The notes beneath the pieces were generated by a model. The model was not told where the DNA came from. It saw only the letters and a list, made by a program, of their open reading frames with translations, and made no database searches. Below, piece by piece: positions 1 through 11,989 of a stretch of DNA of 64,000 nt (its first letter is position 1; each line of letters begins with the position of its first letter). Both the position numbers and the translations under genes were made by a program. The stretch comes from Raillietiella orientalis (taxonomy: Eukaryota): positions 4,092,001 through 4,156,000 of the forward strand of contig JAYWIR010000013.1 in assembly GCA_036172245.1 (NCBI GenBank). Direction: 5' to 3'.

Positions 1-674
1 ACTCTTTTCTGTGGTGATCCTGAAGCATCGGCTATGCTTGTGGAAGCTGGAACGGGGCTTTTTCACCCGTTTGGTCCATTGGGCAAGTGCAGATAGACCG
101 GCATCCTCTCCGGAGAGGAGACGCCGTGAAGAAGCTACTCGCTTCTCCAGCCTCCGGTGTTTCTCAAATCGAAGCAGCAGGGACATCGCCAGCATCCTGG
201 GAAAATCTGGTAGTCGCGACGGAGGTACTGAAGGCAGTCCTCCCGATCCCGCGTTTTTTTTTATTGCTTTTGAATGGATGCTCCCCATCCTTGTGGAGTC
301 AGCGGAAGCTCTGAATCCGACTTTGAGTGTGCGGATAATTGATTCATGGGCAAACAAGTGCGAGAGAGAGTCTTCCTCCGCTTGTCAGACGCAAGGGAAA
401 GAAACAGTCCCTTCGGTTTCTTGCCGTCTTTATTTTATTTTATTTTATTTTTTTTTCCCCTCCCTCTTGCGCCGCGTTTTCCGACCTCACTTCCTCGCTT
501 GTTCCTTCCTCCATGGAAACTTGGAATGATCACTCCTTCCACGTGATTGGTGCGACGCCACCAGGGTCAAGAAGGGCATTTCAGCGAGCGCGTCCAAGTG
601 GTGGCAGGAGCGAAATAAAACGGGCATGGGGTCACGACGCGGGCAATGCCGACCGTGGCCGCTCGTCCCGCGTT

Positions 675-1418
675 GGCGGCACCGGTGTGGCTGCGGAGGC
701 CTCCAAGTCGTGCTTACTCGTAGCGGGTTCGAATACCCCCCCTGGAGGATCGGCGCAGAGAAGTCGGTAAGGTTACGCGGACTTCAATGAAGCAGGATGG
801 CGCTGGTTGGCCTGTGGGCCTCGGATGCTGCGCCGGTGGAAGCAGTCGGAAACCGGAAAACCCCACTGACTGGCCGGGATTGGAAGTCGACCCGGCGGGG
901 GTCCTTCCGGTCCCGGCCAACGTGACAGCGTCACACCAATCAAGGAGTTGGTTCTTTTCAGGGTTGACCCTCCGGCTGGGAAAACGCAGCCGCACCATGG
1001 GGCTGGTTGGTACCTCCCGTCAGGGGGTCTCTTCTCCAGAGCTTCGACTAGCGCGCTGCTCCCTTCGGAGAAATCTGGAAGAGTCCCTTAGGGGTTCACT
1101 TCGAACGAGAAAACAAGGAGAGGTTCCCCTGAGGGGTTGCCTTCGTAGAGGAAACGAGGAGTGGTCGCCTTTGGGGTCCGACTCCTCCGGAGTGAATAAG
1201 GAAGACTCTCCATTCAGGATTGTCTCCCAAGCGTGAGAGAAACTGCTCCCTCAGAAGTCTCCCTGAATCCATAGGGTCATCCCTACGAGGTCGCTCCCTA
1301 TACATTGAAGAGCTATGTGCACCCTGGGGTAGTGTGGACGGCGTCAAAGAGTTTCGTGAATTTTCCCTAAAGAAGCGAACGGTTCTTCAGTACGCCTTGG
1401 GGGAAAAAAAAAAAAAAA
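675..1418 (+). mobile_element. SINE-like family X, full-length copy 1 (tRNA-like head, internal minisatellite, 3' hairpin, oligo-A)
   Basis: B-box-like GGTTCGAATAC at 726-736. Shares GATGGCGCTGGTTGGCC and 3' blocks (e.g. GCGTCAAAGAG...GAACGGTTCTTCA) with copies at 9.1, 36.3, 49.6 and 61.5 kb. A15 tail at 1404-1418. Confidence 0.75.
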
Positions 1419-3328
1419 TAGAAGGAGCTACGGAGAGCCGCTGAAAATTCTTCGCGGCCCACGTTTTCGTAGGCATTCCCCAAAGCGCAGGAAGGGAGAT
1501 GGATTTCCGATCTTCAAGTGGAGCGAGCCATCTCGCCGCCTTGCGAGAACCCCCGCGTTCAACCTGGCTGGGGTCTGCCACCGGCAGGACGGCCAGCGGA
1601 GAACGCTGCTCTCCGAATGACCCCGGCCTGGAGGCTTCTTCTGGCCCGGAAACCGAGACTTCAGCGAGGCAGATCGCGGACCGAAACCGCGGTTCGCCAG
1701 CTCCTTCGCTCGGACTCTCAAGTCCTCCGTTTCCAGGAAGCCGCTACCTCTTGTCTTTGCGTCCATTCTCTCTCTCTCCAAGTTTCTCTCAAGCGGGTCT
1801 CTGCTACCGTTGCCACGGTTGCGCGATCTGAGTGGCGGCTTGAGACTCGAGCTCGTGTGCCATGTGGTCGCTGCTCTCGCTCCCTCGGAGACTGCGGGCT
1901 CCGTCAGTTTCCTGGGTACCGGTTGTGCACTGCCGATCGCTCACGCGCTTCTCGGTGCAGAAGGTCCTGCGTGATGGTTGCGGTGCAACAGGTCTTGGCA
2001 ACAACGCACTCCAGGACGCCGCTCATAAAGCTGCTCGCGATTCAAGTGGCCTTTCTAGAGAATTCAGATTTTCTCCAGCGCTCTGTGGACGTAGATGGCT
2101 TATCTTCCTCTTCTTCCCTCCCACTTCCTTCCCTTGTCTCTTTTTGCTGCACCCTTCTAATCTTGCCTTTTTCTTATCTTTCCCGCTATCAAATTCCTGA
2201 GCCATCGTATGTCTGTGTGTCTGCCTCTTTCCCCTTGCTCACTGGATTCAAAGTGCACAGTTGAAAGATGATGTGTTCCAGGATACCTCTCGAGGTGAAT
2301 AAACGTGGGGCACAGCCACACTTGCAGGAATTTCATTAGTCACATGAGGACGCAGCGACTGCAACATCAGCAACCACTGAGATGGTTCTCGTGCCTGGGA
2401 AACCGCGTCTTTGCAAAGCGGACGTTTCAAGCAAGAGTGACTGGGTGCGTGGAAACCTGGTACGACGATGGTGCCAGCCCACGTGGTTCCCCTGAGAGGT
2501 CAGTTTGCGCCAAAGGGGGGCGAGTAGGAGAGTGGCTACGAGAAGCGACCTGAAGCAGATGTTGACATGCTTCTTTCGCGATAACATCCAGCCGAGCGTT
2601 GGCAGAGAGCGGGCGGTGTCATGGACATCGATGACGGTGGCTGGAGAAGTCGGGCTGCGACGAAGCCGACTTCCAACACGTCCTCCAAATATACACACTT
2701 CCTGTCCCCGTAACATCCACAAGCACACACAGAGCATAGCGGGAACACCTATTGGATGCACTAGCTGGAGTGCTCTCCGGAAAGGCAAGCACAGGCCTAT
2801 TTGTGGTCAGAGCACCAGAAGACTTTTGCTCTGAAGAATGCCAAAGTTCCGTGAGCAGCGTCGGCACAGCAACGGAACCTTCCCATGCGAAGCACCGGGC
2901 TGGTAACTCGCCTCCTGCCACCCTCGGGACATCCGCCACTCACCAATCCATTTTCAACAGCAAGGAAGTTAGAAGGGTCGGGGAAACCGGTGGGAGTTGT
3001 GGAAGTGGTCGCAACCCTCGATGCGATCCCAAAGTTCTTTTGGAGGAAACGGGATGCAGCTTCGCTGCAAGGAGCCAGGAAACCAAGAAATAGGCTTCTG
3101 GCCACCGTTCTCATGAAAAACAACAAGCTGCAAAAGAGCACGAGTATGACAGCACTGGGGGTTCGGGAAGAGCAAAGAGAAGGGAGGTTTGCAGTCGTAA
3201 GAGCATGGACCGTGTCCTGCTCCCCTCGCTAACCACCGAATGGGTGGAAATCTTTTCGGATACTTCTACTTTGGTTGCTTCCCTTCCTGATTTCTTTCTT
3301 TCTTTTTTTCTGTCTCGGGTTTCCCCTC

Positions 3329-3620
3329 TTTTTTTGGTTTCCTAAGTACTCAGGAACAGTTCGCCTTCTTAGGGAGGGCTCAAGAAGCTCTTTAACACGG
3401 ACCACGCCACCGGAGGGTGAGCGTTTCACTCTTCAAGTCACAGGGAGCGAGTCCGGAGGGACCATCCTATGAATCCAGGAAGGCTCCTTAGGAAGGAGTC
3501 CCGTTCTTCTTTCTCTTGGAAGTAAAATCCCAAAGGGAAGCACTTCCCTATTCACTCCGGAGGAGTCGGACCCCAAAGGAGACCATTCCTCGTTTCTTCT
3601 TCGCAAGGAACCCGGAAAGC
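3329..3620 (-). mobile_element. SINE-like family X, 5'-truncated copy (3' half)
   Basis: The reverse complement matches the copy-1 3' half (ATTCACTCCGGAGGAGTCGGACCCCAAAGG matches 1169-1198 on the opposite strand). T-tract at 3329-3335 is the oligo-A tail. Confidence 0.75.
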
Positions 3621-5199
3621 ATCCGCTACAGTTATTAGTTGTTGATTTTCGGAAATCGCATCCGTTCGTGCGCTCCTCAAGTTCAAGGTACAAAAATGAG
3701 TGGTTGTTTGGGAGGAAACACAGAGGTCACGTCCAGGAGCAACCTCCCGCTCTTGGCCTGCGGGTCAAGTTCTCTGATAGCGAAGAGGGACCCATTTCAA
3801 CTTGCTTGTAGCTGGGCATCAGCATGCTGAGGAAGAATCATGGAGGCTGTGGGAGGTTTCTTCGCGGCAACGGATTCGCTGCTGCGAATCTCCCGTCTGA
3901 GAACAACGGGCAACTCGTTGGAAAATCCCTCCATCTTGTCGACTCACGGCCAAGAGGTCAGAGCAATCTGCTAATTCGGACTACTGGGCAGCTCGCGCTC
4001 TCCGCTCCGCGGGTCATGCCTCCTGACTCCAGGCGGGTGCTCATTGCAGCTAGAAGCCCAAGAGCAAAGAAGATCTGAGTTTCCCCTTTCCGTGTGACCA
4101 GCCCAGGGGCTGCAAAAAGGGGCACCGCCCATCTTTGCTTTCTCTCCACGCACGGACGTGCTGTGGACGTCCGCAACACATCCCTACGCGAAAATGGATT
4201 GGTTCCTGATGGGGGACTTTCGCTTTCCTTCATCCGATGAGCCGAGAGAACCCACCGGCGCAGAAACTTTGTCGATTTTTCCGAGCCGAGCGACAGCTCT
4301 TAACGGGGTGCAGAGCTCAGCATCTGCTCAGATTCCTTACTTCCGAACCGCTGATCGATGGCACTTGCTTCTGAGAGTTGATCCGTGATGGTTTCTGCGC
4401 CTCAGGAAACAGGCAAGCAGGCAAGCAGAAAGATCTGCGCATCCTCCAAGAGGGCAAGCCTGATGCCATCGAGTCACGCTAGATTTGAGGCGGCCCGCGC
4501 AAACCGAGCAGCCCTGGAGCGAGATACATTGTGCTGCTGCTAAACGGCTGCCAGAAAAGCCGGAGTGCCGCTTCTCGGGATCCGCTGGAAATCGGCGAAA
4601 CGCTCGGGGAACGGGCAGGAAACGGGAAATGCGGGAGCGCATTTTCGAGGGAAGCCTTCCCTCTTCCCTTTCGCCGTGCCCCTTTCCAGCACCGGGCGGG
4701 AAGAGGGGAGACGGGGGGGAGATGCGAGGCACACCTAGCCCACCGAGTAGGGGGAGCCCCGAAAATTCGCAACCGTGCTCGTCGCAGCGGCACGCATTTG
4801 TTTCTCTCCCTTTTGTGCAGTTTCCTCTTCCATGTTTCATTTTTTTTTTTCCAGGGGGGAGGGGGGCAGGGTATGCGCGTGTGCTCTCATCCGCGTCGCT
4901 TCGCTTTAGATCACCGCGGGAAAAGCGCATCCATCTCTTCCGGGTGGAAGAAGGGACCGAGACTCAAGGGTTTGCTGTCAAATTCAGCGTGAAAAGCAAC
5001 GCCCGCCGCAGCTCGAGAACGAACAGAATCCTACCTGCACTCCAGAAGCTCCCTGCGTTCCAAAAGCTCCGATCTCAGCAGACGAACTCCGTCGCGTTGG
5101 CAACCCCGGTTCGCAACCGACTGTTTGTTGCAGTACTTGCGGGGAGGTGGGAGCTCCGTTTCCTTGGCAAGCGCGTGCGTTTACGTGGGCTCCCTTCAT

Positions 5200-5410
5200 T
5201 AAAGCGTTCGGCTTTTTCTTTTTGTTCGCTGCTCGGGCGGGAGGACACGCACAAGAAGCCGCTGGCATCCTCCCAAATCACACATCCGCACACTCGCGCT
5301 TTTTTATCGGGAGTGTAGCTGAGGTACAAGGGATTTATCTCCTGCAAGCATTGCTGGTTACGCTCCTCCGGCAGGAAGGGCACGAGGCCGATCAAGTGAG
5401 GCAATGATCG
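5200..5410 (-). mobile_element. possible MULE (Mutator-like) transposase C-terminal remnant
   Basis: Translation LIGLVPFLPEERNQQCLQEI..YLSYT..WE..AERFN resembles the MULE LxALxFLP..F..L..YF..W..TNNxxE segment. Weak, by eye only. Confidence 0.3.
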
Positions 5411-7559
5411 GCGCGGCCGGATGATTGACGTCCCTCAGATGAGCACCGATATGTCATCGATCAGCGGCGCGAAAGTGGGGGAGCTCGAATCTCCCGCAGG
5501 AAAGCGGGGGCGGCGTCCTGGTGCAAGCGCCCGCTGCACGAAGCCGATGCCGAGGCGGCGCCTCCGCTCCTCTGCCGCCCGAGGGAAGCGCCACCTTGAG
5601 AGAGAGCACTTTCCGGGAAATTCCCGCTTCGATCCCCGTTTCGGGTGCATCGCAGAGACTCGGGGTGGGTGGATGGGGGTGTCTCTTGTGTGTGGACGGG
5701 TCAGAAGGGTGCGCTGCCATCCAATTTGCCAAGCAGTCATGTCCCCATTAAAATTTTGAATTCCGAGAGTCCCGAAATAACACGGAAGGAGAGCGGGGAA
5801 GCGAGTGCGAATTCCGGGAGCCTCTAAGCAGTGGCAGGTGCCGTGGGAGCTGGATCGGTCCCGCTCATTCTTCGAATTCCGTGCACCGCGTACTGCGCTG
5901 CAGGGAGATGGCACGCCCCAGCAGGGAAGGCGATCCCTTCCAAAGGAACGAGCTGCGACGGTGCCACTGCAAGATCGTGGCGCGAGGCAGCACAGGAGCT
6001 CTCTCCCCTCCTCCCTTTGCAACGCTGGCTCTCCCGTTCCCCTGCTTTGTTCTCTTACGGGGGGGGAGAGACATCCTCGCTCCAGTTCCCGCGCCCAGGG
6101 GCGAATATCCTCACAAGGGATTCCAGATGTGAAGACGGGGCTCTCGCAGTTCACATCTTTCAGGAAGAGCGCCAGATTCTACCGCCTCCGCGGCGAGGTG
6201 GCACTCCTGGAGTGTTTTGTTTCTTCAAGGGTATTTTGGTTGATCTCGTGAGAACAGGTGAGGCTGCTCTTTCCCACAGCCTGGACCAGGCCGAGATGCC
6301 GAAAACGCGTCGAGCCTGAAAGGCGTTTTGAATAGCGTCGAGCTGGCGGGGATCGCCTGAAATCGAAACGTCCGGTCAGCGGCAGCCTGAGGTCAGCGGA
6401 GGCAGCGAAGAGCTAGCAGCTAAAGAACGAGCTCGGATGGAAGTCCCTCCGCCGAGGGATTTCGGAGCCCTCGCAGGCAGCTGCTGGATAACGGCAAAGG
6501 GGACGTTGCCTCCTTGCTGCGACATTCCAGAGAAGGAAGAAAGTCCCGCTTCCCGCGCGAGCGTCGCGAGCGGGCGCCAGGGCGGTCCAGAGCGCGCACG
6601 CGGAGCCCGTTTTTCCCCCCAGGAGTTCTTCCGCGCGCCTTCCGAGCATCCCCGAAGCGAAAGTGACACTTTCCTGTTCCCATCCCCTCCCCCCTTCCTC
6701 CTCCCAACGAGGGACAGGAGCGCTCCCTTTTGGTCCCTGCGAGGAAGAAAGAAGGAAAAAGAAAAATTTCGGTAATGCGCGGCTGAGCTCTCCCCGTATT
6801 ACGATGATGGAGTTTTTATCGTGAGCGTTTCTGGAGTCGGAGGGAACGCTGAGCCTTGAGCTTCTCAGCCAGGATCCCCCCCGAAACCAGCTCTTTCGCT
6901 CACGGCAATATTCCGGGAGCGCTCGCTGATTAAATAACGTGGTTTTACTACACGTCGGGTGGGGGGAGGGATGCGCGTTTGATCGATTTGCGAAAAGAAG
7001 CCGCGCGGTTTGCGGCACTCGAGGAAACTCCTTGCAAGGGAGCAGCTTCGAGCCCGTTCCGGCTTCCGAGAAACGCCAGAGTCCCGGATCGCCCTCCCGG
7101 ATTCCGATCAGCTTCCTCTGAGAGGTGGTGGCAACGCGAGAAGCACGCGAGCAGGGAAGCGCATCGTTTCCGCGAGCACCGACACGCTCATCACCACGGT
7201 CTCTATCAAGAAGACTTGGAAGCTGGAGTGGGCCCCGGCGCGGCAGCATCCGGCGATGCCTCGTGGGCCCGAAAGGCCGCTGTCCCTCCTCAGCCTCCGC
7301 GTTCCTCAGAAGAGGCCGACCTCCACGTTGGCGAGAAAGTTCGATGGAACCGTGGGGAAGGGAATGGGGGATGAGCAAACGCGTGGCGCACGGGACCCGG
7401 AAGTCCGAAACAAAGAGAACATCACCTGGTCGAGAATTTTCTGATGACGAAAAGCTCAGATGGCCGTGCGGCCGCTGTCTTTTTCATTCTGTTTCTTCCT
7501 CTGTCCCTGTCCTCACCTTCCATTTCGTCATTGGAGGAAAAGCGGTTCAGTTCATCCCG

Positions 7560-8150
7560 CAGTTCCCTGATCGGATGAGCGCATCCACGAACTCCGGTTC
7601 GAGAGTGGCACCTTGGATTCGCAGCATCTCAGCATGCCGCAGCGTCCGAAGAGGGCGCGTCCCGACGTCCGTGGTTGAGTGTGTGCACACGGAACCGGAT
7701 CAGAACTCGCGCTACCACATGCTCTGCCACACGTTGGCAAGGAGACGCCTCACGCAGGAGACCCGGGGAAGCCGTCAAGGCGTTTGAACAGCGAAGCCAC
7801 CACTCCAGGCAGTGAAATAGGGCGGGAGATGCTGGACGGCACTTGTCTAAAGGGAGCCGAGGGAACCACCACTTCGTCCTCGCTCTTTAATGGGAGGTGC
7901 TCCGCTCTCAAGCATCCCGCAAGCATCCCTCTTAGAGTCGGACAAACTTTTGTTGTCCAACCTACCTCCTCGAAGAAAATCACGGAAAGATCAGTTGCCA
8001 CTCTGCGGATGCATTCGAGAGACCGCCGCGGCCCGCATCCCATCCCTCTACTCGTCCAAGTCTCCTCAACTCTCAAAGCTGCGCAGAGGCAGCAGCATCC
8101 GTAGGCTGGACCTGGGTGCTCTCTTGAAACCGGGGTCAGAGGGGGAGCTT
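7560..8150 (-). mobile_element. degenerate non-LTR RT fragment (domains 0-3; CR1/Jockey/RTE-like)
   Basis: GMGCGP.., LKSEDEVVVP..SISRPISLPGVVASLFKRL (NYRPISLL..KLFE), then frameshifted GSVCTHSTTDV (GFRxxHST), in the expected order. Confidence 0.55.
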
Positions 8151-9061
8151 TCGCTCCCCTCTCGTTTCCTTCCTGGAGTGACACACATCCCAGCGCGTTC
8201 CCCATCCTTCATTTTTTTGACGAGCGAACCTCCCTTTCCGCAGCTGCTCTGACATCTCGTTATCTCGATCCTAATTTCCCTTTGCGTGATCCCTGAGAGC
8301 AACACCTTCCTTTGTCTCTTCCTGGGATTCTGCATTCGAGTAGATGTGAGGTTAACTGATGATGCACTTGGGAAGGAATGACAGGAAACAAAAGGGAAGA
8401 AATTCGATTGCCTCCTCCGGACGTCTTCTTCAGTCTTGTGCTTGCCGACCGATCGTTGCATCATTCGCGCCCGCATTTGATGGTCGCTAAGGGATTTTCT
8501 TCTCCATGGCCACCGGCAAGAGCGGCTGTTCATGGACCAGCAACGCTCTTGGATGTCTTTCAGAGGAAAACTGGACTCCTATGAAACGTAACGAGCTACA
8601 CTTTTTTTTTCCTTGGTCTCTTTGACGAAAAGGCATGCACAAGACGCGTCTGAAAATGGACGCGAGCATTAAAAATCATCTAGCAAGTGATTTACTGGTC
8701 CATGTTTTCTTCACCCCAAAACTCCGAGGTACCTATTTACCCAACTGCGAAAATCGAAGCGAGCAATTTGCCCTACACTGCCTTCCTCCACACCCTGGAA
8801 CGCAAATTGGGGTGATTGCAGGCAGGTGGAACCCATGGTCTGCCCAGGTGCTCCTCACGAGAGCCAGAGAGGCGTCAGGATCGATGCAGATTAGCACAGT
8901 AAGCGCCACGAGTGACACACCTGAGACAGCGAACGCTGAATTCAGTACGTGATGGTGGTTCCTTACAGAGAAGCTGTGCCATCAGAGGAAGTCCAGCCTC
9001 TGTCATCTTTTGCTCGAGCTTTTCGCTCGCTTTGTCTCTTGAAGGCAGTCTGGCCCTCGTC

Positions 9062-9875
9062 GGAGGCTTTGTGGTTAAGGCTTCCGCGTGTGGCACCGTG
9101 CGTCGCGGGTTCGAATACTCCGGCAGAAACTCTGACGCCACTGCGTCGTTTGGGTTCCGAGTTTCTCCTGCAAGATGGCGCTGGTTGGCCGAGACATTCG
9201 GGCGTGGCCCCGGTAGTGGATAAAGCCGGAGACCTCCCAATGAAGGCCGGAACAAATGGGAGTCGACCTTCGGGTCCTCCCAGGAATAAAGGAGTGGAGA
9301 GTTCCCCCTCCGGTCGTGCAGCGGAGAGCGGACCCCCGTCACCAGGGGACCGCCTCCGGTTTCAAGATGGAGCAGGGTCCCTCACGGGCACCTCTCCAGT
9401 TGTTCAAAGGAGCGGACCCCCCTGTTGGGGGGTCCCTCCGAGTCGTCTCATCTCCAGAAGAGTGCAAGGAAGCAAGCGAAAGCGATTCCCTGCGGGAAGC
9501 TGCAGCGCCCCTTCTGAGTTTCGGAAGCGTCCCGTCGGGGTTCTCTTCAGAGTAGTGAACAGGAGCGGTTCCCTGGCGGGTTCCCTCCGGAGAAGAAATT
9601 CCTACAAGCGGATCCTTTCCGGGTTCCCTTCAGAGAAGTTGAAATGGAGAGGACCACCCCATATTAGGGGAGGTGCCTCTCCAGAGAGAATGAGGAAGGA
9701 GATTCCCTTCGGGGTTCCCCTTCGGAGACAACCAGGGTGGGAGGTGCGCTCCCTCCCCAAGCGTCAGAGGAACGGACTCCGAGTCCTTCCTGGGATTCAT
9801 AGGGCGGACCCCCATCCCGGGGTGCCCCTATCCAGAAGAATTACACGCCCCCTTGCGGGTTGCCGTGGGCAGAGA
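9062..9875 (+). mobile_element. SINE-like family X copy, lacking the terminal hairpin and oligo-A
   Basis: GGAGGC..TGTGG head, GGTTCGAATAC at 9108-9118, CAAGATGGCGCTGGTTGGCC. Long internal repeat region with close similarity to 61850-62050. Confidence 0.75.
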
Positions 9876-11989
9876 GGCGTGGAAACAAATGAACCCAAGG
9901 ATTTCCATTGTCCCACGCTGCCTTTCTCGAAAATCTCTGGCCTTGTCGCTTACCGGTTATTCCTGCCGGAGAACGGGGACAAGAAAGAAGGTCAGTTTTG
10001 CACCTCGAGGGGCAGTACATTCAGCTACGCGAGTCGCAGGGTGGTCAGCTGTGAAAGCAGAGAATGGGAATCCCCACTTTGGCAGCCGGAGGAACCTGAA
10101 AGCGAGGGAACACGGCCGATTCCCTGAGATTTCGGCTCTCCTGCTTGCTCTGCCGAACGGGATCCCGAAACCACCAGTCTGGAACCACCAGATTTCGCGG
10201 AAGTGGGACGAAAACACGGGAGAAAGGAAATCACCTACCGTTGCTTCCAAACTCCTTACTCTTCCTCCAACTTCTCAAAGTTTCGTTTCATCTCTACCCT
10301 TCAGGGAGACGACTCCCTTCCCCTCTCGTCAATTCTGAGCGATATCCGCCGCATTCCTGGATTTTCCGTGCGGAAAAGCAGCTGCTCAGAGATGAAGTCC
10401 GTGATCCTCCCAAATGGCTTCCCCTTCTTGTCGCATGCTGTGCAAAAGAAAGACCCCGCGTGGCACGGAAGCATCAACACGAGCAAATTTGCATCCAGAT
10501 CCCTCTTCGCTGGGACACGAGAAAACGCTTGCATCTGGAGCATTTTTCTCCGTTACTCGGTGGTTGCCGAGGAAGCAGCATCAAGTAGACAGACACCAGG
10601 CAAAGCGCGAACGCGAGAGCAACTCTTGAGCGAACGTCGCTGCGTCGGGCGCCATGGAAACGGCACCACCTTTCCTCACATCCGCCTTCCTCGCTCCCTG
10701 GAGACGGACCACGTGCATACCGAAAGACACCAAAAGCTCCAACTTTTCGGTGTGCAAAGCTTCAAGCCTTAAGACACCTCAGCGCTGAAGATGGCCAACC
10801 AAACCAGCAGCTACCTTTGGTGCCACGACTGACATTTTCCTGGAAAAAATTTCTTTCCTTTCTTCCTCTGTTTGAAGAGGATGCACGGCCTTCTATTAGA
10901 GGCAGAGAAGGGCGTCCCCATCTGCAGATCTTCTCACGAATTTCTCATGCATCCGCTTCAGGTGAGAAAAGCTTGCAGCTTTCCCCCATGATGAGTTCCC
11001 AGTGAGTGGTACGCAAAAAAGAAGGAGACATGGAGTCCCCGGTAGGCGTGGCCTCAGGGGCGCGCGCGATTCCCGAGAGGAATGTTCGTTCGTGCGGCAG
11101 ATTTTTCGCCTCTCGAAACTTCCCAGCCGCTGGCCACCACACGTCGACATCATTCATCTTTTCTCATTCTGCACTGCCCAGCTTCCGTGAGGACGTGCAA
11201 ACACCAATTCCATAAATGGATTTCCGCAAAAGAAGCGGATCCTCTTCGAAACTAATTAATCGGACTCCCTTGCACACGGAGAGGAGGCCGATCAGCCCGT
11301 ATGAGCAGATAAGGCACGCCGGGAGGAGATTGCGGAGCGTTTCCATGGCGTTTACGAGCCCTGCCTGTTTCTGCGTGCGACCTCGAAGCCCAGATGCCAT
11401 GCGGATTACGGGAAAGTCCAAGGATCCTGCAAGCATAAGCAGGATCTCGGCGTTCCGAAGGTGCGCGATACCAGAAGAAAGCTTTATGGGAGTGGAGGAG
11501 GAGAGGAGGCAGGAAGAAAACGCCGCTGCGTCAGTCGAACGTAGGGCCACGAATGCTCGTGTCTTTTAAGCTTTTCTTCCGCAACAGTGGAAGAGAGGGT
11601 CGGGGAGAGGAAACTCAATCTTCCTCCCTTCCATCTCCCGGGAAGGTGAAATTACTTCAAGAGAGGGAAATTTCCTCTTGCGACGGTCACCGATACTCCT
11701 TAAAACCCGTGAAGCTTTTGACGACAGTCGCATCCCCTACCCCCTCCTTCCCCTCACCATGATAGCTGGGGCAGTGGAGAGGAGAAGGAATTTGCACTCT
11801 GTCTTGTCTGTAAGACTGCTTGAGATGGAGGAGCATGTTGAGGAACTTGAGAAAGTGGCAAATCAAAGGGTCGCTCATTTCGTTTTCTCCCAAGGGCGTT
11901 GAGGTGTGCGAGCGTTGTGCGTGCCTGGAGGAGCAGTGGAAATGAAACAGAGCATCCCCCCGTGAGTCGGCCCCGGGAAAGGAGACCAA

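Noticed and set aside
7140..7230. WD40-like GKRIVSASTD
   Set aside because: One partial repeat with no neighbours.
9480..9740. CRISPR-like array
   Set aside because: Units are degenerate tandem repeats without unique spacers, with no cas genes and a eukaryotic TE context.
8949..10127. 392-aa ORF (also 61048-62052, 334 aa)
   Set aside because: Runs through SINE X and its minisatellite. The frame is not conserved between copies and has no protein motifs.
10430..10530. RING-like LPCH..FCTAC (minus strand)
   Set aside because: Incomplete ligand set.
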